Source: a virus
Lineage: Duplodnaviria > Caudoviricetes
IMG/VR virus record: IMGVR_UViG_3300037631_006232
Location: 64,001-128,000 of that record
Length of the DNA stretch: 64,000 nt
Reading direction: 5' to 3' (one strand)
The notes beneath the pieces are model-generated. The model had not been told where the DNA came from. It saw nothing but the letters and a program-made list of their open reading frames with translations, and did not search any database. The position numbers and the translations under genes are program-made. This document shows positions 10,181 through 19,711 of the stretch, in pieces (position 1 is the first letter of the stretch; each line of letters begins with the position of its first letter).

Positions 10181-10789
10181 ATGAAAATAAAAGATCTAGC
10201 GACCTTATCTGGCTCGGAAAGGATAAGACTAGCTTTAGGATTAGATAAAGAGCAAGCTAATAAGATTAAACTTATTGCTAAATCTATGACAGAAGTAAAC
10301 CCTCATATAAAAAATTTACGTGTGGGTAAGTCTAAACCAGGGGTTAGTTTTTTTGATTTTAAAAATAATCAAGTAGGCATTGGACATAAGTCTCCGGATG
10401 TATTAGCCCATGAGTTGGGGCATGCTATATCCTTAGCTAACTCCTCTAAGTTTTATAGGAGTCTTTTAAAAAGCACTAAGAAACTTACTAGCCTCAGCAA
10501 CGCTGCCTCCTTTCCTTTAGCAGGGTTTGCTGCATTAAGCCCAACCATGGCTAAAGATAAGAAGATGCGACTTCTTAACTATGCTACTATAGCCAGCACT
10601 GCTGTTACTATGCCTAACTTATTCGAAGAGCTTAAAGCTACTGCTTTAGCCGCTAAGCATAGTCCTAATAAAATTACCACAGGTATATCTTTGTTACCTG
10701 GGTTAATTAGTCATCTAAGCCATGACCTAACGGCACCCGCAACCTATTTATTAACTAAACAACTACTTGGAGCCAGTACCAATGATTAA
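10181..10789 (+). CDS. HExxH zinc metallopeptidase-like, membrane-associated protein
   Basis: LAHELGHA with a downstream FEELKA motif and hydrophobic helices. Confidence 0.7.
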   Translation: MKIKDLATLSGSERIRLALGLDKEQANKIKLIAKSMTEVNPHIKNLRVGKSKPGVSFFDFKNNQVGIGHKSPDVLAHELGHAISLANSSKFYRSLLKSTKKLTSLSNAASFPLAGFAALSPTMAKDKKMRLLNYATIASTAVTMPNLFEELKATALAAKHSPNKITTGISLLPGLISHLSHDLTAPATYLLTKQLLGASTND

Positions 10790-12842
10790 ACTATCCGCAA
10801 TCTCTCCAAAGACTATGCTGTCTGGGGAGCAACAAGGAGCGTCTTCTCCTGAGGAATCTCAGCTTAAACAACTATTTTCAGAACTATCTTACGCTATGCT
10901 TGAAGGTAAAATGCCTACTATAGCACCCAATATACTTAGTTTTAAGGTGTTAGAAGTAGACCTAGATAAGCGTAGAGGGGTGGGTGTATTTAAAGCCAAG
11001 GTAGGTCAGAATACGGCTAGTATTCCTATAGTAATGAACGACGGTAAAGTACTAACTCCAGAAGTAATTTACTCCGATAAAAGTAAAACTTACTTACCTC
11101 TTAAAAATAACTGGATGGAAGAGCTTAAAAATCCTTCGGAAAACTACTTAGGTAAGTCCGCTAAAGCCCCTAAAACTCTTAGTTCTGATATGGATGTTAG
11201 AGCTTTAACATTACCTCCTAGTACAGGTAGGTTCGTATATGCTTCTTATGATCGAAGTTCTTTACCTTTTATCATAGATTCAGCCAGCGATTCGGCCAAA
11301 ACAAAATTAGCCAGTGCTTTTAAAAGCTCCCCTAACCTACTAAAAACAGCTGTAAAATACCATGGTAGTAGGATTATTACAGCGCTACAGCCTTCTATTA
11401 AAAAAGAGGCCGAGGCCTCTTCTACCGTTGTAGTACTGGGCCCTGAAGATTCTTTTTCTAGTTTTGAGGATGGTTTTGGGTCTGCTATAAAAGAAGCGTA
11501 CTCTATGGCTTTGCATGAAGGAGTTGTTACTAGAGATCTTAGACCTAGAGCTAAAGTAGCGGTAGATACTACGTCTACTTTAAGCATATCCAAAGACCAA
11601 GAGACTGGCTTGAGCGAACCCAAGTATCCGGGACTATACTCTTTGATGACTTCTTCAGGTAAACAAGAAAAAGTTGTTATTATCCCTAAGCCATTTACGC
11701 AGGTATCTCTAGAAGCGGGTTCTTCCGAGATGGGGTCTAACAAAAGTAGTTACCTAATATTAAGGCCTACAGGTAGGTACACCTTGCATAGAGGGGATCT
11801 ATTGGCTATCTCGGATAATCTCCCTCTACCCGAAGGTTCTAAATTATCTAAGGCCATTCTTAGGAAATCACCTCCTCAGAATGGTGCAAACTTATTTGTA
11901 GGTGTTAATGGGGTGGGTGTTACTAATGCAGTCGTACTAGAAGAGCCTCTAACTAAGGTAACTAAGAATGTATCTGGGTATACCGCGTTTTCAGGTGGGA
12001 CTAAAGTTATAATAACTAGCTCCAAAGGTGTAAGTATCCCTAAACGGGTGGAAGGCGTCTTGTATATACCTTCTAAGTACGTTGCCTTTAAAGGAACTAA
12101 AACAAGCACCTTAGATAATCTAATAACTACTCCGGAAGAGCTTTCTTCGTTAGTTGAGAAAAAATTAACTAACCTATCGGACGATGTGATTAAGGTATCT
12201 TTTGTCAGATCAGGTAACTACTGGGTACTTAATGGTAGTAACTACGACACTAAGAAAGATCTTTTAACTAAAGCCGCTTCTTACAATATAAATGTAGACT
12301 CTCTCAGAAAGAGTTTAGAGCGTATTAAAGAAGCGGGGGCTACTAGGATGTACTTAGTAGACCCTATCCATATAAATAAATTGGCTAGTATTTTTGGACC
12401 AGACCCTTCTACTCCTCCTCCTCCTCCTCCTCCAGGTATGGATCCTAACATGATGCCTCCTCCAGGTATGGGTCCTAACATGATGCCTCCTCCCCCTCCT
12501 CCAGGTGGTATGCCTCCTGAAACTACCCAAACCATGGAGGCTGCTATGGGCACCGGGAGTCAAGAAGCCTTTGATTCGGCAGTAGCTGGTTCGTTATTAC
12601 AAGAAGATCCTTTCAACGAGTCTTTAGCTACTGAGCTACCTAATATAGAGTCTGCTATGGACAGTATTGCTAAGATCCTGGTTACTTTGCAATTACGAAA
12701 TTCTGAACTTAAAGAGCAGATGGGTGAGGAAGATTTTTTCCAACTAGAGACAAATATGCGAAAAGTACTGGGCGGGTTAGGGGACATTATACTTTCTACA
12801 TACAACCAGAAGAGAATGGATTCTCTTCCTCAAGTCATGTAG
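10782..12842 (+). CDS. Large KxA-motif virion protein with Pro/Met-rich linker
   Basis: ATG 10782 with GGAG RBS; KLAS, KTA, KEA motifs; PPPPGM repeats. Confidence 0.75.
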   Translation: MIKLSAISPKTMLSGEQQGASSPEESQLKQLFSELSYAMLEGKMPTIAPNILSFKVLEVDLDKRRGVGVFKAKVGQNTASIPIVMNDGKVLTPEVIYSDKSKTYLPLKNNWMEELKNPSENYLGKSAKAPKTLSSDMDVRALTLPPSTGRFVYASYDRSSLPFIIDSASDSAKTKLASAFKSSPNLLKTAVKYHGSRIITALQPSIKKEAEASSTVVVLGPEDSFSSFEDGFGSAIKEAYSMALHEGVVTRDLRPRAKVAVDTTSTLSISKDQETGLSEPKYPGLYSLMTSSGKQEKVVIIPKPFTQVSLEAGSSEMGSNKSSYLILRPTGRYTLHRGDLLAISDNLPLPEGSKLSKAILRKSPPQNGANLFVGVNGVGVTNAVVLEEPLTKVTKNVSGYTAFSGGTKVIITSSKGVSIPKRVEGVLYIPSKYVAFKGTKTSTLDNLITTPEELSSLVEKKLTNLSDDVIKVSFVRSGNYWVLNGSNYDTKKDLLTKAASYNINVDSLRKSLERIKEAGATRMYLVDPIHINKLASIFGPDPSTPPPPPPPGMDPNMMPPPGMGPNMMPPPPPPGGMPPETTQTMEAAMGTGSQEAFDSAVAGSLLQEDPFNESLATELPNIESAMDSIAKILVTLQLRNSELKEQMGEEDFFQLETNMRKVLGGLGDIILSTYNQKRMDSLPQVM
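12414..12518 (+). repeat. Coding Pro/Gly/Met repeat (PPPGMxPNMM)
   Basis: Direct repeats cctcctccaggtatg..cctaacatgatg. Confidence 0.85.
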
Positions 12843-12860
12843 GCTACTAGGAGGTACATT

Positions 12861-13580
12861 ATGGGCAAGGCCCTACCCAAACCTAAGGTTCTTAGAAGCC
12901 CTTCTTGGAGATTAGAAATGTCCTTGAAAGAGTCTTGCACTGAAGGGCTAGAGGACTCTTACTTACAAGAGGCTTGTAACTTAGTTGGGGGCGAGGTTGT
13001 TTCCACTAGTGTGCAAGAGGCGTATTTACTATACTACTTACCTCAATCTAGAACTATTATGAATAGCCTCATGATAAGCGACGCCCCTCTTAGTGACTTA
13101 GCTATTTCTGTAGGGGCCTCTGAAGAGGTGCTAGTAGCTTATTCTAAGATATTTTTTGATAAGTCTGTATTCCCTAATAGACTAGTTTTAAAAGAGTTTA
13201 TAGATATGTTACCTGAACATACTTCTATAGAAGTTAACTATAAAGCACTTATGCGGGCTAGTTTTTCTTTGGGTTATGAGTATATATTGTGGAAGATGTC
13301 CTTAGATTTAAACACCTCTGCTAACCCTAATTTAGATAAACTAGCTTACGGTATTTTAAAAGATGGCTACTGGCGTTCAAGAGAGCATAAGGGGTTTTCT
13401 ATACAAGATTCTAGGTGTAAAGAATCTAGAAGTTGGATACCCTCAGTACTTAAAACTATGGAGATGACTAAGAATCTATCCTCTAGTGGTGATAGCGATA
13501 TTGAAACACTAAGATTAAAGTTAGTAAAAGCAGATACTACTGTATCTATAGAAGATTTTTCAGATGAAATAAAGGGGTAA
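12861..13580 (+). CDS. Hypothetical protein
   Basis: AGGAGG RBS, in operon. Confidence 0.75.
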   Translation: MGKALPKPKVLRSPSWRLEMSLKESCTEGLEDSYLQEACNLVGGEVVSTSVQEAYLLYYLPQSRTIMNSLMISDAPLSDLAISVGASEEVLVAYSKIFFDKSVFPNRLVLKEFIDMLPEHTSIEVNYKALMRASFSLGYEYILWKMSLDLNTSANPNLDKLAYGILKDGYWRSREHKGFSIQDSRCKESRSWIPSVLKTMEMTKNLSSSGDSDIETLRLKLVKADTTVSIEDFSDEIKG

Positions 13581-13582
13581 GA

Positions 13583-14401
13583 ATGCCTTCTTTCTCGAGA
13601 CATGATATAGACACTATGGCATCAAGAGCTGTCGATGCATTCAACTCTGGATCCACTTTACACGATAGCGTAGTAAAACTGGCTTCGGAGAACTCTATGA
13701 ACCCAGAACAAATAAAGAGGTTGGTGGAATCTGCTAATACCTCAGCATTCTTAGAGCAGTTTAACTCTAAAACAGGTTCTGATAGGATGGTAGAGTTTAA
13801 GGTAGCCGATCCTTCTAAAGTAATCGAAGAGTCTCTAGGCAGTGGTTCAGGCGACTCTACTTCTCAAAAAATAACTATAACTATAAGTGCGGACCCTTCG
13901 GTAGATTTAAGCGAAGATATTAAAAATGAGTTTACAAGCACTCCCGAAACCAAAGTTGCTTCCTACCAAGAAAGTAACGAAGGGTTCTTTTTAACCAGCG
14001 ATAAAGAATACTATTTGAACGAGTATAGTAGGCACCAAGCTAAAGAATCTTTGCTAACTAAAATTGCTAGTTGTAATTATAATGCCCAGGATCTAGCGGA
14101 TGAGTTGCATATTGATTTCAGAGGTATTTACAATAGTAAAAAGTATGCTTCTTTTGAGCTCGATGCTCTTAGCATACATGGGAATAAAGCTATACCTGGG
14201 TTGCAGATGGTTAGAAATAGGCTAGGAATGCCTAAGTTAGCCCGTTCCTTAAGTGATGGAGAAAGATTTTTCCTAGCGGATAGGCATGTGGTTGACACAA
14301 GTAATTCTGACGCACTTACTAAAATATCAAAAGTAGTAGATATAACTGAATCGTTAACATCTTACGAAACTTCATTAACGTATCTTAATAAGAGTAGGTA
14401 A
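13583..14401 (+). CDS. KxAS-motif putative head protein
   Basis: KLAS, KVAS, KIAS, KYAS motifs. Confidence 0.7.
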   Translation: MPSFSRHDIDTMASRAVDAFNSGSTLHDSVVKLASENSMNPEQIKRLVESANTSAFLEQFNSKTGSDRMVEFKVADPSKVIEESLGSGSGDSTSQKITITISADPSVDLSEDIKNEFTSTPETKVASYQESNEGFFLTSDKEYYLNEYSRHQAKESLLTKIASCNYNAQDLADELHIDFRGIYNSKKYASFELDALSIHGNKAIPGLQMVRNRLGMPKLARSLSDGERFFLADRHVVDTSNSDALTKISKVVDITESLTSYETSLTYLNKSR

Positions 14402-14404
14402 CTT

Positions 14405-15037
14405 ATGAACAGTGCTAAAAAAGCTGCTGTAGAATCAGCAGATATTTTTGAAAAAGTAGCTTTTGGGGATGATTTAGCTAGAGCGGTTGTTAAAGCCACT
14501 AAAGAAAAGCCTTTTTTAACTTTAGCTACAGGACTTACTTTAGGTGGTCTGGCAGGCAATGTTGTAGGCGGAGGTTCTAAAGGTATTTCCGCTAGGCCTA
14601 CAGAAACAGCCTCTTATAAAGTGGATCGATTTTTTAATCCTGGAGTGGGCGGAGTAATGGATCGTATTAAATACGATGAGTTGTTAGCTAATAGCCTCAC
14701 TAAGAATGTAGGTGAGCTGGCAAACTCTACTATTAATTCCTACGCAGAGAACTTAAGCAAAGCTTATAAAAAAACTATTAACAAACCCCAACAGCAAGCT
14801 ACTTTGAAAGCCTTGCTAGATTCAGACGATATGATTAGTGTGGCAGATCCTAATCAGGTAGCTAACTTATTTAATACTATGGTAGATATAGCCCCAAGAA
14901 TGACAAAACACAGGGAAGCCGTAAGAAGTTTCCTACGACAAGGATTAGCTCACGAAGGGGGAATAGACCCTGTATTACTAGGTGAGTTAGCTAAAGCAGA
15001 AGCTCGCTTAGGCGGGAGAGGATTAGATGCGTCATGA
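14405..15037 (+). CDS. KxA/Gly-zipper putative head protein
   Basis: FEKVAF; GLTLGGLAG segment. Confidence 0.7.
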   Translation: MNSAKKAAVESADIFEKVAFGDDLARAVVKATKEKPFLTLATGLTLGGLAGNVVGGGSKGISARPTETASYKVDRFFNPGVGGVMDRIKYDELLANSLTKNVGELANSTINSYAENLSKAYKKTINKPQQQATLKALLDSDDMISVADPNQVANLFNTMVDIAPRMTKHREAVRSFLRQGLAHEGGIDPVLLGELAKAEARLGGRGLDAS

Positions 15038-15255
15038 ATGATTTAAATAATCAAATAATAAATAAAATGCCTACAGAAGTTTTTAAACTACTAGAGTCAA
15101 ATAACCTACACAAACTAGCATCTTTGAGAGCAGGCACTGTAGATTTCGGGTTAGATACTGCAGTTGCCCACCTAGGTAAAAAAGCTTATTATCAGAGACA
15201 TGTTAATAAAGCTATCGCCAATGGCATAAATTCTCTTACTTCGTTCGAGGGGTAA
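15034..15255 (+). CDS. Small KxA protein
   Basis: HKLAS; translationally coupled ORF. Confidence 0.7.
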   Translation: MNDLNNQIINKMPTEVFKLLESNNLHKLASLRAGTVDFGLDTAVAHLGKKAYYQRHVNKAIANGINSLTSFEG

Positions 15256-15259
15256 TCTT

Positions 15260-15874
15260 ATGCTCCCTATAGTAAAAGCTTTTTTACCGGAAATAGTTAA
15301 GCTGTCTCATGAGAATATGCAGTGGCTACAAGAGCAAGAAGACGCATCTACCCTGCTTAAAAAAGCTTCTATAGCTAGTACTAAGAAAGAGGTATCTGAG
15401 AGGCTAGTAGTAGAAGTTGTTAAAGTAGGGTCTATGCTACTAGATTCTTTAAAATCTAATAACTTGAAAAACTCTTTAAAAAAGTACAGCCCAAGTAAGG
15501 AAGAGGATGAGGTAAAACCTGTAACAAAGGAATCTCAATCTATTTCACCTATGCGAGCCTTAGGCTATGGAGCAATGGCGGCAGTTCCTCTAGGATTGAC
15601 AGCTAATTACGCTATAAACAAAGCTAGTGACGAGATGGATTCTAAAATGTATGCGATTCCAGGATTGGCCGCAGCAACCGTTGGGGCTATATTAGCTATG
15701 CGTAATAAACATAAAATAGATGATTTAGAGAAAGCTAAAGAGTTACAAGATGCTTTATTAGCTAAAGAGGTTATCGGTACGGCCGAAGAGCAGAAAGTAG
15801 GCAGCTACTCTAAGTTAGCCCATATTAATTCAGAGCACATAGCTAACATCATTTCAGATCTTTTAGTGAGGTAA
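15260..15874 (+). CDS. KxA protein with two hydrophobic segments
   Basis: In operon; KKAS, KLAH; ALGYGAMAAVPLG. Confidence 0.7.
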   Translation: MLPIVKAFLPEIVKLSHENMQWLQEQEDASTLLKKASIASTKKEVSERLVVEVVKVGSMLLDSLKSNNLKNSLKKYSPSKEEDEVKPVTKESQSISPMRALGYGAMAAVPLGLTANYAINKASDEMDSKMYAIPGLAAATVGAILAMRNKHKIDDLEKAKELQDALLAKEVIGTAEEQKVGSYSKLAHINSEHIANIISDLLVR

Positions 15875-15878
15875 GGGC

Positions 15879-17348
15879 GTGAGTTTAAATAAAATACTAG
15901 AAGTAGATGACTATTTTAGAGGGTCTAATGGGCTCGAACCTACTGTTCAACTTATAGACTTCAATAGCAAAACTGCTTCTGTTGCGTCTGACTGGGCTAC
16001 TAGGGTTACTCCCGTAACAGGTAAGACTTATATACTAGTTTTAGCTATGGGCGCTAGTGAGTTTTATGGGCCTAATAGGAACGGAGATGCTTTTGAAGAA
16101 AAAGAGTTGAAAGAGCATCACCACACTTTTGAAACCAACGCTCATGTTTTTAAGTCTCACGTCAACAAGGACCCTGCTAAAAGCTTTGGTAAAGTGATTA
16201 AAAGTTTTTACAACGATGATATGCATAGGGTAGAGCTAGTCTTAGAGATAGATAATGGTAAAGCTCCAGACATAGTTACTAAGATTAATTCCGGTAACAG
16301 TGTAGCCGTATCAATGGGGTGTAAGATTAAGTATGATGTTTGTAGTATATGCGGTAACAAAGCACCTACTCGTGCGCAGTACTGTAAACACCTAAAAAAT
16401 GAACTCAATAAAATCTACCCAGATGGAAGGGTAGTGGCTGCGTACAACCCTAAGCCTAATTTTTTCGATATATCTATAGTATGGCGGCCGGCAGATAAAA
16501 CCGGTTATATGCTAAAAAAAGTGGCTAACTCAAGAGAGTTGGGAGCTAGTTCTGCGTGGTTAGCGGAGAAACTAGCCGCTAGAGTAACCTTGTCTAAGTA
16601 CTTAGACAAGGCTGCTGAGATAGAAAAAATGGTTAGTGGCGTAGGTATCGGTATGACTTCCAACAAGGAAGATAGTAATCCTTCTAGCTACTTGAATAAG
16701 CAGTGGCTTAAATCAGTGGTTCCGAAACTTAAAAATTCTTTTATAGAATTGAACGATGAAGATAAAGATTACTTGAGTAAGAAAAACCTACCTAAAGTAC
16801 TTTCTAGTTTAAGTGATATGGGGATATTTCTAGCTACCCCGGAATTTTTAGACTTGGTATATTTGAAGGCTGTGGGTAAAAAAGCTCCTGAAGGTCTAGC
16901 ATCAAATCTTATCTCCTTACAATCAGATATATTTAGCATGGTGGCTAAATACCCAGACTTGGCAGAAGATTTGATATACAGTGATATAGCACCCACGGGT
17001 TCCGAAGTTATTGATCCTGAGGTTCAAGATAAAGTTGCTAAATATATACCGCTTAGATCCTTAGACGAGGCTTGGTTACTATCTAGACCTACTCAATTTT
17101 TAAAAAACTCTAGCGAGAATCTGTGTTCTAGCTCCACCATATTACCAAGAAGCTCTGTTGCTGTGCCAGAATTAGATAAAGTGGCCAGCATTAGTTATGC
17201 TGTGTATATATCTACTATACTGGATACTATTGACAACCCTTCATATACTAAGCTAGCTTCTATTAGGTCTCAAGACACAGAAGGGCTTAGAGATAGTAAG
17301 TCTCGTCCTTGGACCGCCCTAACAGTATTGGCCTTAAACCATATTTAA
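15879..17348 (+). CDS. Prohead maturation serine protease with Zn-finger insert
   Basis: NRNGDAF, H in FKSHVN, VSMGC followed by CSIC...CKH; lies upstream of scaffold and capsid genes. Confidence 0.8.
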   Translation: MSLNKILEVDDYFRGSNGLEPTVQLIDFNSKTASVASDWATRVTPVTGKTYILVLAMGASEFYGPNRNGDAFEEKELKEHHHTFETNAHVFKSHVNKDPAKSFGKVIKSFYNDDMHRVELVLEIDNGKAPDIVTKINSGNSVAVSMGCKIKYDVCSICGNKAPTRAQYCKHLKNELNKIYPDGRVVAAYNPKPNFFDISIVWRPADKTGYMLKKVANSRELGASSAWLAEKLAARVTLSKYLDKAAEIEKMVSGVGIGMTSNKEDSNPSSYLNKQWLKSVVPKLKNSFIELNDEDKDYLSKKNLPKVLSSLSDMGIFLATPEFLDLVYLKAVGKKAPEGLASNLISLQSDIFSMVAKYPDLAEDLIYSDIAPTGSEVIDPEVQDKVAKYIPLRSLDEAWLLSRPTQFLKNSSENLCSSSTILPRSSVAVPELDKVASISYAVYISTILDTIDNPSYTKLASIRSQDTEGLRDSKSRPWTALTVLALNHI

Positions 17349-17351
17349 TTA

Positions 17352-17380
17352 TTGGTTACGGGCTTTATGTTTATTACTAT
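17352..17380 (+). promoter_or_regulatory. sigma70-like promoter for scaffold/capsid genes
   Basis: TTGGTT-N17-TACTAT in the intergenic gap. Confidence 0.45.
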
Positions 17381-17419
17381 TTATTATGAAATCTAATTAC
17401 ACCCTAATGGAGTACTGAA

Positions 17420-18031
17420 ATGGAATTATCCTCAATTTTAGACGCCCTTTCTAACGATACTGCTACTACTGAAAAGGTAGCTCACGTATCCGAGTCTCAC
17501 TCTAACAAGCTTGATAGAGCTTTGGAAGAGGCGCTTTCTATGGACAAAACAGCGAGCGTAGCTCAGGCATCTGAACCTTCTGAAGATCTAATAAAGATAG
17601 CCCAACGACTAGCGGATGCCGAGCAATTAGCTTTAGTAAAAGAAGCTGAGATGTACGGAGCAGCGGTCTGCGATGGGTTCTTAGCTAGAATGACTGAACA
17701 TGATGCTAATGGGGTCAAAGTAGCTAGTTTTGGCGGCGCTGTGGACGTGGACGAAGTGTTATTAAAACAAGCTATGGAACTGGGTTACCGAGAGACGACT
17801 AACCAGTTACAAGGTCTTGCTAATGAAGCCTTCGCTACTGGCTATCAAAATGTTTCTGAAAAAACTGCTGGCCATACTCAAGCTGAAGAAGAAGCTGCTA
17901 TGGAAAAAATAGCCTCTGAAGCTATTACAGCAGGTTATCAAGAAGCTAAACAAATGATTAAGGTAGCTGCAGAATCTAGAGCAGAAACAGGATACTCTCA
18001 CGCAATTAATATCTTATCTAATCTGGGATAA
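17420..18031 (+). CDS. Putative scaffolding protein
   Basis: Acidic and helical, nine KxA motifs, repeated AxxxGY units; between protease and MCP. Confidence 0.6.
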   Translation: MELSSILDALSNDTATTEKVAHVSESHSNKLDRALEEALSMDKTASVAQASEPSEDLIKIAQRLADAEQLALVKEAEMYGAAVCDGFLARMTEHDANGVKVASFGGAVDVDEVLLKQAMELGYRETTNQLQGLANEAFATGYQNVSEKTAGHTQAEEEAAMEKIASEAITAGYQEAKQMIKVAAESRAETGYSHAINILSNLG

Positions 18032-18037
18032 CTATAA

Positions 18038-18397
18038 ATGTCTGCTCAAAAACAATACGAACTTTTACTAAGTAAGATATCGGCTACTTCTACTACGGAT
18101 GGAATAGAGGTTTCTTTAGACTATGCTTCTAATAAGACCGCTTCTACTTCTAGCATTCTTTCCGATATAGCATTAGCTACTGCAGTAGGGGCTCCTTTAG
18201 CTTACATGGCGGGCAAGAAATCAGGTAAATCTGATGAAAAAAGAAAGCATCTAAATTACGCTTTAGCTGGCGCGGGCTTAGGAGCTACTGTACCTTACTT
18301 GCTAAAAGCACTGAGCAATCCTAGCGAGGCAGGATTAAGTACCGTGGGCTTTAGCGCAGACGATATTCGTTCCCTTAAACTAGAAGATATTGGATAG
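18038..18397 (+). CDS. KxA/Gly-zipper small protein
   Basis: NKTAS; two hydrophobic Gly/Ala segments. Confidence 0.7.
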   Translation: MSAQKQYELLLSKISATSTTDGIEVSLDYASNKTASTSSILSDIALATAVGAPLAYMAGKKSGKSDEKRKHLNYALAGAGLGATVPYLLKALSNPSEAGLSTVGFSADDIRSLKLEDIG

Positions 18398-18405
18398 AGG
18401 TAGAA

Positions 18406-18612
18406 ATGGCTACATCAAAATTTGAACAAGCTCTAGCTAACATTATAGAAGAAGCCCATAATGAGCCTATTGAAAAAGTTGCTAGCGTAGATGAGCGGAT
18501 TGAGGCACTGAATGGCGATGTAGCTAAGTCGCTTACTAAAGTCGCTTCTGTCTTGCGAGAAGTTTCTACTGAGCCTACCTATCAAGACATACTTGATTTT
18601 ATAGGAGAGTAG
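18406..18612 (+). CDS. Small KxA protein
   Basis: EKVAS, TKVAS. Confidence 0.75.
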   Translation: MATSKFEQALANIIEEAHNEPIEKVASVDERIEALNGDVAKSLTKVASVLREVSTEPTYQDILDFIGE

Positions 18613-18613
18613 A

Positions 18614-18757
18614 ATGGATACTAAAAAAATTAAAGTAGTTGCTCAACAACTTCGTAAATATGCTCAGGATCTCGAAGCCACTAAGCGAGAGAAGACCGCT
18701 AACTTGGTTGTTGCAGCCACAGGTCTAGAATTACTTAGACGAAAGTTAGAGGATTAA
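18614..18757 (+). CDS. 47-aa KxA protein (MDTKKIKVVAQQLRKYAQDLEATKREKTAN...), absent from ORF track
   Basis: AGGAG RBS, fills the gap exactly, KYA and KTA motifs. Confidence 0.75.
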   Translation: MDTKKIKVVAQQLRKYAQDLEATKREKTANLVVAATGLELLRRKLED

Positions 18758-18761
18758 TATT

Positions 18762-19106
18762 ATGAGTAATCACTTTTTAATGAAAGTAGCTGATGTACTT
18801 GACGCTATTGCTGAAGAGAAATCTGAATTAGAGCAAGAGCTAAGTACTATTAAAGAAGCTAAGCGTAAAGAGCAACTAACTCCGGTAGTTGAAAAGCTAA
18901 GCTTTATTACTGGAGATGATCCAGAAGATCTTCAAAGCAAACTAGCTGGTGTAGACGAATCTGTCTTAACTATGCTTAGTGGCTTGGCTGGAGCTGAAGC
19001 TCCTAGCATGGGTGCTTCTGGCACTGTCAAGACTGCTGGTCTAGACGGTAAGGTTAGTTCTTCTAATAGAGCTGATCGTGATTTTGCTAATTGGATTTTA
19101 AGTTAA
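18762..19106 (+). CDS. Coiled-coil scaffold-like KxA protein
   Basis: MKVA, VKTA; coiled coil; GAGG RBS. Confidence 0.7.
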   Translation: MSNHFLMKVADVLDAIAEEKSELEQELSTIKEAKRKEQLTPVVEKLSFITGDDPEDLQSKLAGVDESVLTMLSGLAGAEAPSMGASGTVKTAGLDGKVSSSNRADRDFANWILS

Positions 19107-19132
19107 ACAAATAATTTATAGGAGAAAAAGCC

Positions 19133-19687
19133 ATGGTTGCTTTAACATCTAAATTTGATATTCTAAGAGGCTGGCCTAATGGGTCTGCTGTACAAGAAGA
19201 TTTTATTATCGGGGCTTCTGGAAACCAATCCGGATGGACTCACCCACATGCCGCAGGTACCTGGGTAAAACTAGCTAGCACTAATGATGGTACTATGAAA
19301 ACTGACGACGCTGCTGCTTCTAGTGCGTTTGATACTAAGTGCTATCTTGTTATTGAAGGCGCTGATGACTACTCTTCTAGGTTCTCTCATAGAGTTACCT
19401 GCCTTCTCGGCGGTGGATACATGGTTAGAGTACCTCAAAACTACAAAGATGCAGATGGAAACACCGTTGTATGTTTAGCAGCCGCAGCTAGTACTTTTAC
19501 AGTAGGCGATCAGCTAAAAGTTGTTTCTAACCAGCTTTCAGAGTACGTAGCAACCGTAGGTTTCCCAGCCAGTGGTGAAGTTGCTAATGATGTTAATACT
19601 ACTGAAATTACTAATAGATCTGGAATTGTTGCTACTGTTATGGCTGTAAATTCTGCAGATAATACTATTGACGTATACGTACACTAA
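19133..19687 (+). CDS. Capsid decoration/cement protein (putative)
   Basis: Size, beta-rich composition and position directly upstream of MCP. Confidence 0.6.
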   Translation: MVALTSKFDILRGWPNGSAVQEDFIIGASGNQSGWTHPHAAGTWVKLASTNDGTMKTDDAAASSAFDTKCYLVIEGADDYSSRFSHRVTCLLGGGYMVRVPQNYKDADGNTVVCLAAAASTFTVGDQLKVVSNQLSEYVATVGFPASGEVANDVNTTEITNRSGIVATVMAVNSADNTIDVYVH

Positions 19688-19711
19688 TAACTCGCACTAA
19701 GGAGAAAACAC

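Noticed and set aside
10782-13580. Portal or terminase assignment
   Set aside because: No Walker or nuclease motifs and no recognisable portal features; these genes probably lie outside the window
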